From Candidatus Krumholzibacteriota bacterium (lineage in GTDB: Bacteria > Krumholzibacteriota > Krumholzibacteriia > JAJRXK01): 64,000 bases of DNA. The notes beneath the pieces are model-generated. The model did not search any database. It was not told where the DNA came from and saw only the letters and a list, made by a program, of their open reading frames with translations. Position 1 is the first letter of the stretch, and each line of letters starts with the position of its first letter. Both the position numbers and the translations under genes were made by a program. The stretch lies in the NCBI GenBank assembly GCA_963806035.1, contig CAWDWO010000004.1:1-64000 (forward strand), written 5' to 3'. This document shows, one piece after another, positions 1 through 15,007 of the stretch.

Positions 1-402
1 CACCGCGCGCTGCAAGAAACTGTGGCTTATCAATAGGAACAGCGAATACGCCACCGTGAGTGCGGCGACTCCCGAACGGAAGAGGCCCAGACTTCTCACG
101 AGAAAAGCGGGCATCTTGGATCCCAGGATCAATACCGGGAGTGCTCTGCGCGGTGCGCTTGCGTATTTGGCGTAGGGCACGGCCTGCAGAACTCTCGCAT
201 CCATCTGCGGCGAAGGCTCATCGCGCGGGTCTCGATCGAGCAGCGCGAAGAGATTGCGATATTCGGCGAGCGCGCGCGCCAGGGCCGGGTCCTTTTCGGC
301 CTGGAGAAAGAGGCGGGTGGCGTCGCGACCCTGCAGATCTCCGTCCAGGTAGCGTTGGAGCAGCTCATCCGTGCTTTCCCCAAGCCACTGCGTGTCACTC
401 AT
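1..402 (-). CDS. Putative membrane anti-sigma factor (3' end runs off window)
   Basis: Translated by hand: ATG at 402 with GGAGG RBS; MSDTQWLGESTDELLQRYLDGDLQGRDATRLFLQAEKDPALARALAEYRNLFALLDRDPRDEPSPQMDARVLQAV... followed by a hydrophobic segment. It lies directly downstream of the ECF sigma. Absent from the ORF track because there is no stop in the window. Confidence 0.8.
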   Translation of the reverse strand, partial: MSDTQWLGESTDELLQRYLDGDLQGRDATRLFLQAEKDPALARALAEYRNLFALLDRDPRDEPSPQMDARVLQAVPYAKYASAPRRALPVLILGSKMPAFLVRSLGLFRSGVAALTVAYSLFLLISHSFLQRAV

Positions 403-432
403 GATGGCCTCCACTGCGGTGCCTCACCCAAG

Positions 433-459
433 TCCGTATTTTCAGACTGCGTTGTTTCA
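433..459 (-). promoter_or_regulatory. Possible internal ECF-type promoter before anti-sigma gene
   Basis: TGAAAC-N17-CGGA; the -35 sits in an 8-bp inverted repeat (447-465). Confidence 0.35.
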
Positions 460-475
460 ACGCAGGATTCATACC

Positions 476-3123
<2,648 letters not shown>

Positions 3124-3127
<4 letters not shown>

Positions 3128-3152
3128 CACTCGGGGGATTCCTCGCTAGTTT
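3124..3152 (+). promoter_or_regulatory. sigma70 promoter of tRNA-fMet
   Basis: TTGACA-N17-TAGTTT; the -35 overlaps the ftsB stop codon. Confidence 0.75.
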
Positions 3153-3168
3153 GCCGCCCTGGAATTGA

Positions 3169-3245
<77 letters not shown>

Positions 3246-3247
3246 TC

Positions 3248-3288
3248 AAGGGGCAGTCGCGAAAGCGGCTGCCCCTTCTTCCTCTTGG
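3248..3288 (+). terminator. Intrinsic terminator after tRNA
   Basis: AAGGGGCAGTCGC-GAAA-GCGGCTGCCCCTT followed by a pyrimidine tract. Confidence 0.75.
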
Positions 3289-3456
3289 ATTCCCTCCGGC
3301 TCCGACATACATTTTCCGCTGCCGCGGGGCGGATGGGACAGAGGTGACCTTCCCCGGATCCTCGTGCCTCACCTGCCGCGCCATCATGACACGTGGTCGA
3401 AGGCGGCTTTTGCACCAATCGTTTCGCAAAGCCAGCCGTCCCGCATTAACCCATAG

Positions 3457-4815
<1,359 letters not shown>

Positions 4816-4843
4816 TCGGATTCGGTACATTGGGTTAGAGTGG

Positions 4844-4880
4844 ATCGAGGGGTGCCCCCGGGCGCCCCTCGATTCGTTTC
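4844..4880 (+). terminator. Stem-loop/terminator after gdhA
   Basis: ATCGAGGGGTGCCC..GGGCGCCCCTCGAT followed by TCGTTTC. Confidence 0.55.
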
Positions 4881-4903
4881 ATCCTCGACCCGCAAGGGAT
4901 GGC

Positions 4904-7903
4904 ATGCACGATCTGCTACCCGGCGGTGGCCCGGCCAACATCCGAAACCTCACCGCCGCTTTCGATAGCCTGATGCCTCACCGCGTCCACGACATTCTCG
5001 TGGTCGCGAGTTCCTACGACGCCTTCATCCTGGAGGAAGGCGGGCGGCTCACAGAACTCATCCTCAATGAGTACGTCAGCCTCAACCTCACCTACGCGCC
5101 CAGCATCACCCGCGCTTCTTCCGCTGAGGAAGCGCTCGAGCTGGTGGAGAAGAAACACTTCAATCTGGTCTTGAGCATGTTGTGGTCCGGCTCGGCGGAG
5201 GCCTTCGACTTCGGACTGCGCATCAAGCAGATCGATCCCAGAGTCCCGGTGATCATGCTGGCCTTCGATGCGCGGGAAGTGCGCCGTCTCCAGCTGGACC
5301 AATCGGCCCAGGGCTACGACGAGATCTTCACCTGGTCGGGCGACACGGGACTTTTCTTGGCCATCATCAAGCTCTTCGAGGACCGCTGGAACGTGGACCA
5401 CGACACCTCGGTCGCGAGCGTGCGTACCATCCTCCTCATCGAGGACTCGATTCGATTCACTTCGCTCTATCTGCCGCTGCTCTATACCGAGCTCATGAAG
5501 CAGACCCAGTCCTTGATGGACGAGGGAATCAACGTCACGCATCGTCTGCTCCGCATGCGGGCGCGGCCGAAGATTCTCCTGGCGCGCGACTACGAGGAAG
5601 CGACGGGTCTGTACGAAAAATACAAGCGCTACATGCTGGGAGTGATCAGCGACGTGCGCTTTCCCCGCAACGGCAAGGCCGATCCGGAGGCCGGGGTCGA
5701 TTTCGTGCGCGCCATTCGCGCCGAAGATCCCACCCTGCCCGTGGTGCTTCAATCCAGCCAGGTCAACGGTCGGGAGCTGGCGGAATCGGTCCACGGCCAC
5801 TTCATCAACAAGCGTTCGCAGAGTCTGCTCACCGACCTGCAGCAGTTCATCGAAAAGAACTTCGGCTTCGGGGATTTCGTGTTTCGCCTTCCCGACGGAA
5901 GCGAAGTCTCGCGCGCCAACGATCTGCGCTCCTTGCAGGAGCAAATCGAGAACATTCCGGATGAATCCTTGGAGTACCATGCGCGCCGCAACGATTTCTC
6001 GAACTGGTTGAGAGCGCGCACCGAGTTCGGCCTGGCCTCCCTCATCCGTCCCAGACGCGTGAGCGAATTCGAGACCATGACCGACCTGCGGCGCTATCTC
6101 GTGAAGACCTTCAACCAGCACCGTTTGGAAACGCAGCGTGGAGTGATCGCGGATTTTTCCCCGCGGCGCTTTGACGAAGACAGTTCCTTCGTCCGCATCG
6201 GCCACGGATCGCTGGGCGGAAAAGGCCGCGGCCTCGCCTTCGCCAGCCACCTCATACTGCATCAGGGCATGACGAGAGCTTTTCCCGGCGTCCGCATCGA
6301 GGTCCCGCCCACCGCGGTGATCGGCACGGATATCTTCGATGACTTCATGTACCAGAATCAGCTCTTCGAGATCGCCTATACCTCGAAGGACGACCGCCGA
6401 ATCACCCGGGCCTTCCTGGCGGCGCGATTGCCGCGCGAGGCCCAGGATGACCTCGCCTCCTTTCTCTCGCAGGTGGACTATCCTCTGGCGGTTCGCTCTT
6501 CCAGCCTGCTCGAGGACTCCCAATTTCAACCCTTCGCGGGCATCTACGACACCTACATGGTGCCCAACAACCACACTCACCCCACGGTCCGGCTCGCCCA
6601 GCTCTGCAAGGCCATCAAACTGGTCTACGCGTCCACTTTCTCCAGCGCCAGCAAGCGCTACATGGAGAACACCCCCTACCGGGTGGAGGACGAGAAGATG
6701 GCGGTGATCCTGCAACGACTGGTGGGCCACCCGCACGGCGAGCGCTACTACCCGAGTTTCTCGGGTGTGGCCCGCTCCCACAATTTCTATCCCATCGCGC
6801 CGATGCAGCACGAGGACGGACTCGCGGTGGTGGCGCTGGGGCTGGGACGTCAGGTCGTCAGCGGGGCGGACGCCCTGCGGTTTTCGCCGGCGCATCCGCG
6901 GCACATCCCCGAGTTCGGGAGCACCCAGGCCACCCTGCGCGCCTCGCAACGCCGCTTCTATGCCCTGGATCTGGGACGCACGCACCTCATGCCGACCATG
7001 ATGGATGGCGAAAGCAATCTGCTCTGCCTGGGCCTCAAAGAAGCCGAACAGGACAACACCCTCACCCCCGTGTGCTCGAGTTACTCGCTGGAAAACGACG
7101 TCATCTACGACGGGATGCGACCCGGGGCGATTCCCGTCATTACTTTCGCTCCCATTCTCAAGGCGGAAACCTTCCCCCTGGCCGCGATCCTGCGCAGCCT
7201 TCTCGATCTCGGCAAGCGCGAGATGGGATCTCCGGTGGAAATGGAATTCGCCGTCGATCTCAACTCCGATCCCGCGTGGTTCGGGTTCCTGCAAATCCGC
7301 CGGCTCGTGGTGGGCGGAGAACCCGACGACGTCAGGCTCGACGATGCGACGGTCGAGAAATCGGTGCTGTACTGTGAAAAGGCCCTGGGCAACGGCGTGA
7401 TCGACGGCATCTGCGACATCGTCTACGTGGATCCCGCCAAGTTCGACAGCGCCCACACCGCCCAGATCGCCAGGAGCGTGGCCGAGATCAACGATCGCCT
7501 GCGCCAGGAAAACCGCTCCTGTATCCTCATCGGCCCCGGACGCTGGGGATCGGCGGATCCCTGGCTGGGCATCCCGGTGAGCTGGGAACAGATCTCGCAG
7601 GCCAGGGTCATCGTCGAGGCGGGAATGGAGAACTTTCGCGTCACCCCATCCCAGGGAACCCACTTCTTCCAAAACATCACTTCGCTGCGAATCGGCTACT
7701 TCACCGTCAACCCTTACCTCGGGGACGGTCGCGTGGACTGGGACTGGTTTGCCGCCCAGCCCGCAGTGCGCGATACTGAACGAGTGCGACACATTCGCAC
7801 CAAGTCTCCGGTGCGGGTACGAATCGACGGTCAGAGCGGCCGTGGCGTCATCCTTCCGCCCGGAATCGAGCCCTTCGAACCCGAACTTGAAGTGGACGCG
7901 TGA
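4904..7903 (+). CDS. Receiver-domain + PEP/pyruvate-binding (PPDK N-terminal ATP-grasp) protein
   Basis: Two CheY-like domains (the second with [19 protein letters not shown]); [36 protein letters not shown]-terminal GPGRWGS and [10 protein letters not shown]. No PEP-utilizer C-terminal domain. Confidence 0.88.
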   Translation: MHDLLPGGGPANIRNLTAAFDSLMPHRVHDILVVASSYDAFILEEGGRLTELILNEYVSLNLTYAPSITRASSAEEALELVEKKHFNLVLSMLWSGSAEAFDFGLRIKQIDPRVPVIMLAFDAREVRRLQLDQSAQGYDEIFTWSGDTGLFLAIIKLFEDRWNVDHDTSVASVRTILLIEDSIRFTSLYLPLLYTELMKQTQSLMDEGINVTHRLLRMRARPKILLARDYEEATGLYEKYKRYMLGVISDVRFPRNGKADPEAGVDFVRAIRAEDPTLPVVLQSSQVNGRELAESVHGHFINKRSQSLLTDLQQFIEKNFGFGDFVFRLPDGSEVSRANDLRSLQEQIENIPDESLEYHARRNDFSNWLRARTEFGLASLIRPRRVSEFETMTDLRRYLVKTFNQHRLETQRGVIADFSPRRFDEDSSFVRIGHGSLGGKGRGLAFASHLILHQGMTRAFPGVRIEVPPTAVIGTDIFDDFMYQNQLFEIAYTSKDDRRITRAFLAARLPREAQDDLASFLSQVDYPLAVRSSSLLEDSQFQPFAGIYDTYMVPNNHTHPTVRLAQLCKAIKLVYASTFSSASKRYMENTPYRVEDEKMAVILQRLVGHPHGERYYPSFSGVARSHNFYPIAPMQHEDGLAVVALGLGRQVVSGADALRFSPAHPRHIPEFGSTQATLRASQRRFYALDLGRTHLMPTMMDGESNLLCLGLKEAEQDNTLTPVCSSYSLENDVIYDGMRPGAIPVITFAPILKAETFPLAAILRSLLDLGKREMGSPVEMEFAVDLNSDPAWFGFLQIRRLVVGGEPDDVRLDDATVEKSVLYCEKALGNGVIDGICDIVYVDPAKFDSAHTAQIARSVAEINDRLRQENRSCILIGPGRWGSADPWLGIPVSWEQISQARVIVEAGMENFRVTPSQGTHFFQNITSLRIGYFTVNPYLGDGRVDWDWFAAQPAVRDTERVRHIRTKSPVRVRIDGQSGRGVILPPGIEPFEPELEVDA

Positions 7904-9123
7904 TGGCGCAAGCGAGACGAGAGACTCCCAGTTGCTGGATCGGCTCCGTGCCGATCGGCTCCTCTCATCCCATCGTCGTGCAGAGCATGACGAACACTCC
8001 GACCGAGGATGTCGGCCTGACCACTGCGCAAATCGTGCAGTTGGTGGAGGCGGGCAGCCAACTGGTGCGGGTGACAGTCAACACGCCAGCCGCGGCCGCG
8101 GCGGTTCCACAGATCAAACAGCGTCTGAAGGATGCCGGGGTCACCGCACCCCTGATCGGAGACTTTCACTACAACGGACACCGCCTTCTCGCGGAGTATC
8201 CGGCCTGCGCGGAGACCCTCGACAAGTACCGGATCAATCCGGGGAACGTGGGTACTTCACGCACGCACGACCTCAACTTCAAGTCCATGATCGAGGCCGC
8301 GATTGCTCATGAGAAACCGGTTCGCATCGGCGTGAACTGGGGTTCGCTGGATCAAACACTTCTCACCTCGCTCATGGACGAGAACGCGCGCAGACAAGAG
8401 CCTCTGGATGCCACGGAGGTCTATCGCGAAGCGATGGTGCGGAGCGCGCTGGACAGCGCGGCGGCCGCGGAGGCGGAGGGACTTCCCCACGATCGCATCG
8501 TTCTGAGCGTGAAGACCAGCGGGGTGCAGGATCTCGTCACGGTCTACGAATCGCTGGCCTCCCGTTGCGACTACCCGCTGCACCTCGGCCTGACCGAGGC
8601 CGGAATGGGCATGAAGGGAATGGTGGCTTCCACCGCCGCGCTGGCGATTCTCTTGCAGGAGGGAATCGGCGACACCATCCGCGTGAGTCTCACTCCCCTC
8701 CCGGGCGGGGACCGAAGCGAAGAAGTCCTGGTCTGCCAGCAAATTCTCCAGTCGATGGGTTTGCGCCACTTCACACCCCAGGTCGCGGCGTGTCCCGGTT
8801 GCGGAAGAACCACCTCGACCTACTTCCAGGAGCTGGCTGCCCGCATCGAAGGGGAGCTCCGAGTGAAAATGGCGCACTGGAGAAGAGAATATCCGGGAGT
8901 GGAAACCATGAGAGTGGCGGTGATGGGCTGCGTGGTCAACGGCCCCGGAGAGAGCAAGCACGCCGACATCGGAATCTCGCTGCCGGGAACCGGAGAGTCC
9001 CCGCGGGCTCCGGTCTACATCGACGGAGAACTGCACACCACGCTCAAGGGCGATCACATCGCCGACGAGTTCGCCGCGTTGCTCAACGACTACGTGGAGC
9101 GACGCTACGGCAGCTCGTCGTAG
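7903..9123 (+). CDS. ispG: (E)-4-hydroxy-3-methylbut-2-enyl-diphosphate synthase
   Basis: [56 protein letters not shown]. Confidence 0.97.
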   Translation: MAQARRETPSCWIGSVPIGSSHPIVVQSMTNTPTEDVGLTTAQIVQLVEAGSQLVRVTVNTPAAAAAVPQIKQRLKDAGVTAPLIGDFHYNGHRLLAEYPACAETLDKYRINPGNVGTSRTHDLNFKSMIEAAIAHEKPVRIGVNWGSLDQTLLTSLMDENARRQEPLDATEVYREAMVRSALDSAAAAEAEGLPHDRIVLSVKTSGVQDLVTVYESLASRCDYPLHLGLTEAGMGMKGMVASTAALAILLQEGIGDTIRVSLTPLPGGDRSEEVLVCQQILQSMGLRHFTPQVAACPGCGRTTSTYFQELAARIEGELRVKMAHWRREYPGVETMRVAVMGCVVNGPGESKHADIGISLPGTGESPRAPVYIDGELHTTLKGDHIADEFAALLNDYVERRYGSSS

Positions 9124-10703
9124 ACGATCTCGCCGTCGACCATGGTCATGCGAATGCGCGCCCTCTTCCACCCATAGGGATCGTCCGGATCAGGCGCCTC
9201 CAGCGCGACGAGATCCGCCAGTTTCCCCGCACGCAGGCTTCCCAGCTCTTCGTCCCAGGCCGCCGCTTGGGCCGCCCACTTGGTGTAGGCCAGCAGCGCC
9301 TCTTCCTCTTCGAGGCATTCCTGCGCGAAGAAACTTCCCTGCGAGCGGTCTTCCTCCCGCTGGCGGGTGATGGCGGCGCAGATCCCCTGCCGGGGATCGA
9401 TGCTGGCCACCGGAGCGTCGCTTCCCAGAACGACCCGCATCCCGTGGGACAGGAGGGAGCGCGCACGGTAGACATGAGCACCCTGATCGGGCCACAACTC
9501 CGAGAGCAGCGGCAGGTCATCCATGAGATGCACCAGCTGCATCGCGCAGCTCAAACTCAGCGAACTCATGCGCTGAAGTTCCTCCGAACGCACACACTGG
9601 GCGTGTTCGATGCGGGCGAGGGGATGCAGATCCATTCCTTCCCGCTGCAAGCTGGCGCGCGCATCGAGCAGAGCATCCACCACGATCCGCATCGCTCCGT
9701 CCCCGATTGCGTGAATGGACGGAGCGATTCCGTTGCGGCCGGCCATCAAGATGGTCTCGCTCAGGTCGTGCTCGTCGACCAGTAGCCGCCCGTGTCCCCC
9801 GTCGGGATAGGGATCGAGCATGTAAGCCGAAGCGGAACCCAGAGAGCCATCGGCGAAGATCTTCACTCCTCCCCACCTGAGCCAGGGGTCGGTGCCGCTG
9901 TAACTGGGCCGCTTTTCGGCGATGCGCCGCTCTAGCTCCTTCACCGGCGAGTGGTAGACGACCCGCATCTGGAGTTCGCCCCTCCTGGCGAGTTCATCGT
10001 AGCTGCGATGGGCCGGCAGGGGTTCCATGCTGTGGAAGGAACTCAGTCCGAAGCGGTGGGCTTCAGCGATGGCCTTCTTGAGCCAGCTCTGGCGCACCGC
10101 TTCCGGCTCCGGCGGGCGCGCTTTCAGGATGAGTTCCCAGGCGGTCTCGTACAGCAGTCCGTCAGGGCTGCCGTCCGCGCCGCGCCCGATCTCGCCACCC
10201 TCCGGCGGCTCGCGTCCGTCCAGGACTCCCGCGAGTTTCAACGCCGCGGAGTTACACCAGAGAGTGTGAAAATCGCGCGATTCCAGGGCCACGGGCTGCT
10301 CGGGAAAGATCTCGTCCAGAAGCTGCCGGTCGGGTTTCTTTTCGCCACGCAGAAGCCGCGGATCCCAACCGCTTCCTCCCAACCAAACTGCGCCGGGGGC
10401 CGCGTGTTCGCGGTAACTACGCAGCTTTCCTCGCACTTCCTCCAGAGTTTTTGCTCCGCTCAAGTCGACGCCCGAGAGCTTGCGCGCCCACTCGAAGAAA
10501 TGGGTGTGGGTATCGATGAATCCGGGGAGCAGCGTACTCCCCTTCAGATCGATGAGTTCGGCGCCGGCCGCCTGGCTGCGCAACCGCCGAACGGGACCGA
10601 TGGCTTCGATTCGATTGCCGCGCACCAGAAGCGCCTCTTCGCTTGCGGTGCCTTCCATGCTGCGCACGATGCCGCCGTGAAAGAGGATCTCCCTGTGCTT
10701 CAT
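9105..10703 (-). CDS. Amidohydrolase family 3 (YtcJ-like) protein
   Basis: [47 protein letters not shown] 10703. Confidence 0.92.
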   Translation of the reverse strand: MKHREILFHGGIVRSMEGTASEEALLVRGNRIEAIGPVRRLRSQAAGAELIDLKGSTLLPGFIDTHTHFFEWARKLSGVDLSGAKTLEEVRGKLRSYREHAAPGAVWLGGSGWDPRLLRGEKKPDRQLLDEIFPEQPVALESRDFHTLWCNSAALKLAGVLDGREPPEGGEIGRGADGSPDGLLYETAWELILKARPPEPEAVRQSWLKKAIAEAHRFGLSSFHSMEPLPAHRSYDELARRGELQMRVVYHSPVKELERRIAEKRPSYSGTDPWLRWGGVKIFADGSLGSASAYMLDPYPDGGHGRLLVDEHDLSETILMAGRNGIAPSIHAIGDGAMRIVVDALLDARASLQREGMDLHPLARIEHAQCVRSEELQRMSSLSLSCAMQLVHLMDDLPLLSELWPDQGAHVYRARSLLSHGMRVVLGSDAPVASIDPRQGICAAITRQREEDRSQGSFFAQECLEEEEALLAYTKWAAQAAAWDEELGSLRAGKLADLVALEAPDPDDPYGWKRARIRMTMVDGEIVYDELP

Positions 10704-11263
10704 TCTCGGCCGCGACCCCTTCCCACGCTTTGCAGAAGATCCAGCACTTCCTTGCGGTCGGCGAAGCGCGGATCGAAGTAGGCGCGAACTTCGTCGCGCA
10801 AGAGCAGGAAGAGAAAGAGAGTGCTCCAGAGGATGGAGATCCCCGGTTGTCCCCAGTAGGTGGAGTCCATCAAGTGAACCATTCCCATCAATACCCCCAC
10901 GATTTCCAGGGAGAGAAAGGCGAGACCCAACACGATGCCCAGGCGCTTTCGCAGCAAAAGTCCCAGGCCCGCCGCCACGGCCAATAGGAGGCGCAGGATC
11001 ACCAGAGGCAATACCAAGCTGGAGTGCGGGTGCGAGAGGACGCGAACCAGTCCGATGCCGGCCACGATGGCGGTCGCCACGATGTCCACTCCATAGAGGA
11101 CGAGCAGGAGCTTCATCGTCAGCGGCAGGTAGGCGCGTTCGACTTCCGGCTTGCGTTCGCTTTCGCAGTAGGCGCAAGCCTCGCCATTGGCCGGGATGGT
11201 GCGCCCGCATACCGCGCATCGAGTGATGTTGACCATGAAGTACTCTCCGGGGGGAATTCCCAC
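10700..11263 (-). CDS. Hypothetical membrane protein with N-terminal zinc ribbon
   Basis: CAVCG...CAYC followed by about 4 TM segments; ATGA overlap with the amidohydrolase. Confidence 0.7.
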   Translation of the reverse strand: MGIPPGEYFMVNITRCAVCGRTIPANGEACAYCESERKPEVERAYLPLTMKLLLVLYGVDIVATAIVAGIGLVRVLSHPHSSLVLPLVILRLLLAVAAGLGLLLRKRLGIVLGLAFLSLEIVGVLMGMVHLMDSTYWGQPGISILWSTLFLFLLLRDEVRAYFDPRFADRKEVLDLLQSVGRGRGRE

Positions 11264-11310
11264 CCAACTAGACTACACTCTTCCGCGCGGACTCGGCAAT
11301 CGCCTAGAGC

Positions 11311-11339
11311 TTGCTCGCAGCGGACAGCCGCTCTAGGCT
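11311..11339 (+). promoter_or_regulatory. Putative sigma70 promoter for ubiD-like gene
   Basis: TTGCTC-N17-TAGGCT, flanked by inverted repeat GCCTAGAGC/GCTCTAGGC. Confidence 0.4.
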
Positions 11340-11368
11340 GAGTGCCTCCTCGAACTTCGGAAGTTGCA

Positions 11369-13168
11369 ATGCCCTCTCATCTGGATCTGAGGACCTTTCT
11401 GCGCTCTCTCGAAAGAGATGGCCAGCTCGTTGCGATCGATGCGCCAGTGGACCCCCATCTGGAAATGGCCGAGATCCACCGCCGGGTCATCGCGGCCAAT
11501 GGACCGGCGCTGCTCTTTCGCAATCCCAGCCGGGGAAAGCTGCCGGTGGCGACTAATCTTTTTGGTACCGCCACGCGCGTCGAGCGAGCATTCGGCCCCA
11601 AACCGCTGGAGCTGGTGAAGCGGCTCGTGAAGCTTCCCGAGGAAATGCTGCCTCTCAGCGTGCAAAAACTCTGGACGCAGCGCGATCTCTTCGGCGAGCT
11701 GCGGAAGCTGGGCCTGCGCCGCAGGCGAGGACCTGTTCTCTCGGTGCGGCAGAGCGAGGTCGACTTGAACGATCTGCCTCTACTCACGACCTGGAAAGAG
11801 GACGGCGGGCCCTTCATCACCCTCCCCTTGGTCTACACCGAACACCCGGACCTGGGGACGCACAATCTGGGGATGTACCGCATGCAGCGCTTCGATTCCA
11901 GGAGCTGCGGGATTCACTGGCAGATCGGCAAGGGAGGTGGTTTCCACCACCACCTGGCGGAATCGCGCGGGGAGTCGCTCCCGGTCAACGTGTTTCTCGG
12001 CGGCCCGCCGGCCGCCATACTGGCCGCGATCGCCCCCCTGCCGGAAAACCTCCCCGAGCTGATTTTGGCCTCGCTGCTCGCGGGTGAGAAGTTGCCCATG
12101 GCCAAGAACCCCTGCGGAGCTCTACCGGTGCTATCCACCGCCGAACTGGCTCTGGTGGGAGTAGTGCGCCCAAAGGAGCGCCGACCCGAGGGTCCGTTCG
12201 GCGACCACTACGGCTACTACTCCCTTACCCATCCCTTCCCCGTCTTCCACTGCTCGGCGATCTTGCGCCGCAAGGACGCGATCTATCCGGCAACGGTGGT
12301 GGGAAAACCTCGACAGGAAGACTACTACATCGGCGAGTTCCTGCAGAATCTCCTCTCGCCCGTGTTTCCTCTGGTCATGCCCTCGGTGGAGGATCTGTGG
12401 AGCTACGGGGAGACCGGCTTTCATAGTCTCGCGGCCGCGGTGGTGAAAGAGCGCTACAAACGAGAGGCGATGATGAGCGCGTTCCGCATTCTCGGCGAGG
12501 GGCAGCTCTCCTTGACCAAGTTCCTGCTGGTTCTGGATGAGAAACGTGATCTGAAAGACTTCCGAGCGACTCTCACCCACGTGCTCGAGCGTTTCGATCC
12601 CACCACCGACCTCTACGTTCTGGGCAATCTGTCGATGGACACGCTCGACTACAATGGCCCGCGCTTGAACGAGGGGTCCAAGGGAGTCCTTTTGGGAATG
12701 GGTGAGCCCGTCCGTGAGCTTCCGCGAACTTTTAAGGGAGATCTGCCCCGCGGCTTCTCGCAGGCACGCGAGTTTTGCCCCGGTTGTCTGGTGTTGAGCG
12801 GACCGAGCTTTCAGGAAGAGCCCGAGGCAGCGCTCAGGGCGGCGGCGCACCAGGCGTTTTCCGCTTGGCCGCTGCTGGTTTTGACCGACGATGCGGCCAA
12901 GGCGTGCGCGAGCGAGGCCAACTTTCTGTGGACGACTTTCACGCGCTTCGAACCGGCCGCCGATCTCTACGCGAGCAGGGTCGAGCTGAAACGGCTGCAC
13001 CCTTCCTTTCGGGCGCCGCTGGTCATCGACTCACGCCTGAAACCGGGCTTTCCCGATGAGCTGTTCTGTGACGAAGAGACGGCCCGACTGGTCGACAGGA
13101 GATGGAAGGAGTACTTCCCCACGCGCGAGGTGGCCATGGGAGACAGCGATCGGGCTCATCTGGATTGA
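11369..13168 (+). CDS. UbiD-family decarboxylase (MqnL-like possible)
   Basis: NLGMYRMQ, EGPFGDHYGYY, TVVGKPRQED, LSLTKF; extended C-terminal domain. Confidence 0.92.
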   Translation: MPSHLDLRTFLRSLERDGQLVAIDAPVDPHLEMAEIHRRVIAANGPALLFRNPSRGKLPVATNLFGTATRVERAFGPKPLELVKRLVKLPEEMLPLSVQKLWTQRDLFGELRKLGLRRRRGPVLSVRQSEVDLNDLPLLTTWKEDGGPFITLPLVYTEHPDLGTHNLGMYRMQRFDSRSCGIHWQIGKGGGFHHHLAESRGESLPVNVFLGGPPAAILAAIAPLPENLPELILASLLAGEKLPMAKNPCGALPVLSTAELALVGVVRPKERRPEGPFGDHYGYYSLTHPFPVFHCSAILRRKDAIYPATVVGKPRQEDYYIGEFLQNLLSPVFPLVMPSVEDLWSYGETGFHSLAAAVVKERYKREAMMSAFRILGEGQLSLTKFLLVLDEKRDLKDFRATLTHVLERFDPTTDLYVLGNLSMDTLDYNGPRLNEGSKGVLLGMGEPVRELPRTFKGDLPRGFSQAREFCPGCLVLSGPSFQEEPEAALRAAAHQAFSAWPLLVLTDDAAKACASEANFLWTTFTRFEPAADLYASRVELKRLHPSFRAPLVIDSRLKPGFPDELFCDEETARLVDRRWKEYFPTREVAMGDSDRAHLD

Positions 13169-13178
13169 TGAGAAGCTC

Positions 13179-13820
13179 TCAGCCGCCCGCCTTGCCCATC
13201 TCGAAGCGGGCCTTCTTGGCCGCGCCGGCCGGGGCGAGCTGGATCTTCTCCGGATTGATGACGGCCGCGGTATCCGGGTAAGCAAATGCGCGCAGGTCGT
13301 GCAGACCCTCGCACGCGAGATAGCCCGGAACCGGGGGATGGAAGCTTCCGTTCACCACTGGCGCCAATCCCAGGACGAGGTCACGACCCGCATCCGGAGC
13401 CACGGTCACGGTGTAGGTGGCCAGAACGATCTCCTGCTCCCGTTTGCATTCCTTGCCCAGGCCCACGCGCCACTCGTCGGGTTTCGCTCCCACGTTGAGG
13501 CCCTCGGCCTCGCGCTTCACCACCACGATACCCTTGCCGAGCACGACTTGAGCCTCCCAGGCCTTGATCCCCCCCGCGCTGCCGAGAGCCACCACCGAAA
13601 ACTGCGTCTGAGCGCCGGGCTCGAGCGCGATGCTTCTGGAATGTGAAATGAGGTCGAAATAGATCGCGAGTCTGGCCGGCTCATCGCTCGCGGGTTGTTC
13701 GGGTTTCGCGGCGGTCTCGTTCGAGGAGGCGCCGCTCTCCTGCGCGGAAGGAACATCCTGGGCGTTCGCGACGGAACTGAAGATGAGCAGCAGAAGGGGA
13801 AGCAGCACTTTGATTCGCAT
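13179..13820 (-). CDS. Secreted hypothetical protein (beta-sandwich/cohesin-like)
   Basis: Signal peptide MRIKVLLPLLLLIFSSVANA, low-complexity linker, beta-rich domain with 2 Cys. Confidence 0.7.
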   Translation of the reverse strand: MRIKVLLPLLLLIFSSVANAQDVPSAQESGASSNETAAKPEQPASDEPARLAIYFDLISHSRSIALEPGAQTQFSVVALGSAGGIKAWEAQVVLGKGIVVVKREAEGLNVGAKPDEWRVGLGKECKREQEIVLATYTVTVAPDAGRDLVLGLAPVVNGSFHPPVPGYLACEGLHDLRAFAYPDTAAVINPEKIQLAPAGAAKKARFEMGKAGG

Positions 13821-13908
13821 GCCGGCTCCATGACGAAAAGAGGGGAAATGGGACCGAGGTGGCTTCACTCAGATGATAGAACGCTTGGCGTCGAGCTTCC
13901 AGCTCGAA

Positions 13909-14670
13909 TCAGGCGCGGGTCTCGTCGGGGTCGTCCGGCACGGGATCGAGAAAGTCGCTCTCCTCCAAGCGAACCACGACGACGGAGATGTTATCCTGGC
14001 CCCCGAAGTCGTTGGCGAGCTGGATCATCTCGTTCACGAGCCGGTCGGGGCGCTCACCGGAAGAGATCGCATCAAGTATTTGTTCGTGACGCACCATGTC
14101 GCTGAGTCCGTCGCTGCACAACAAGAAGGTGTCCTCGGGCATCAGATCGTAGTCGAAGAGATCGACTTCCGTGCCCATCGCTCCCCCGACACAGCGGGTG
14201 AGGATGTTGCGCATCGGATGGTCGTCCGCCTCCTGCACTGTCAGCTCTCCTCGATCCACCATTTCTTGCACCAGGCGGTGGTCGTTGGTGATCTGACGGC
14301 CGACGCCGTTGTGATACAGATACGCGCGCGAGTCGCCCACTTGCGCCAGAGCCATTGTGCCGCGCAGGATGGAGGCGGCAATGCAGGTCGTCCCCATGCG
14401 GTACAGGGCTGGAGTGCGTTCTCCGAGCTGGTTGATCTTCTGATTCACGTCGTGGATGGCGGCGCGCAGTTCCTCCGAGGAGAGGCCGTGCTCGCTGGAG
14501 AGCGCCGCGCGGGCCAGCTCTCCGGTGAGCATCTGCGATGCGACCTTTCCCCCCTTGCTTCCACCCACGCCATCCGCGACCGCGAAGAGTCCATGCTGCG
14601 GCAAGAGGAGAATGCTGTCCTCGTTGACCTTACGAACCTGTCCGATGTCGGTGGCACCAGCACAAATCAT
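13909..14670 (-). CDS. PP2C-family Ser/Thr protein phosphatase (Stp1/PrpC)
   Basis: TDIGQVRKVNEDS, VADGVGG, MGTT, VGDSRAY, LCSDGL, GQDNIS. Confidence 0.94.
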   Translation of the reverse strand: MICAGATDIGQVRKVNEDSILLLPQHGLFAVADGVGGSKGGKVASQMLTGELARAALSSEHGLSSEELRAAIHDVNQKINQLGERTPALYRMGTTCIAASILRGTMALAQVGDSRAYLYHNGVGRQITNDHRLVQEMVDRGELTVQEADDHPMRNILTRCVGGAMGTEVDLFDYDLMPEDTFLLCSDGLSDMVRHEQILDAISSGERPDRLVNEMIQLANDFGGQDNISVVVVRLEESDFLDPVPDDPDETRA

Positions 14671-14951
14671 GAATTCAACTTCCCGGGGGATCTCTTTCTT
14701 CTGGTTCGAGAACGCCGCAGTTTCGCCCCTGACATCGTCTTCTGGCCGAAAAGCTCTCCTTGGAGGTCCGCGCAGTATACCGCGCGATGCAGCCCATTGA
14801 CATCCTCAAGTCGGCATTCCACCGCCCAGCCGCGCCGCCGCATCTCCTCGACGGTCTGTAGGTAGTCCGCGCCGACCTTGCGCAGCATCCAGCGCGCATC
14901 CCGCGGCTTTTCCTTCAAGTAACGATAAAGCCGCTCCAGTTCCATCTCCAT
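14667..14951 (-). CDS. Small hypothetical protein, possible winged-helix
   Basis: RBS GAGGA; ATGA-coupled to PP2C; EMRRRGWAVE...HRAVY pattern and basic tail. Confidence 0.55.
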   Translation of the reverse strand: MEMELERLYRYLKEKPRDARWMLRKVGADYLQTVEEMRRRGWAVECRLEDVNGLHRAVYCADLQGELFGQKTMSGAKLRRSRTRRKRSPGKLNS

Positions 14952-15007
14952 TCCTCATCCCTTCCGCGAAATTGCCCCATTGCGAGGCCCATTGGTACCA
15001 CATCTTG

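Noticed and set aside
129..398. 89-aa minus-strand ORF in the track
   Set aside because: Wrong frame; the ATG-402 frame has an RBS and anti-sigma features.
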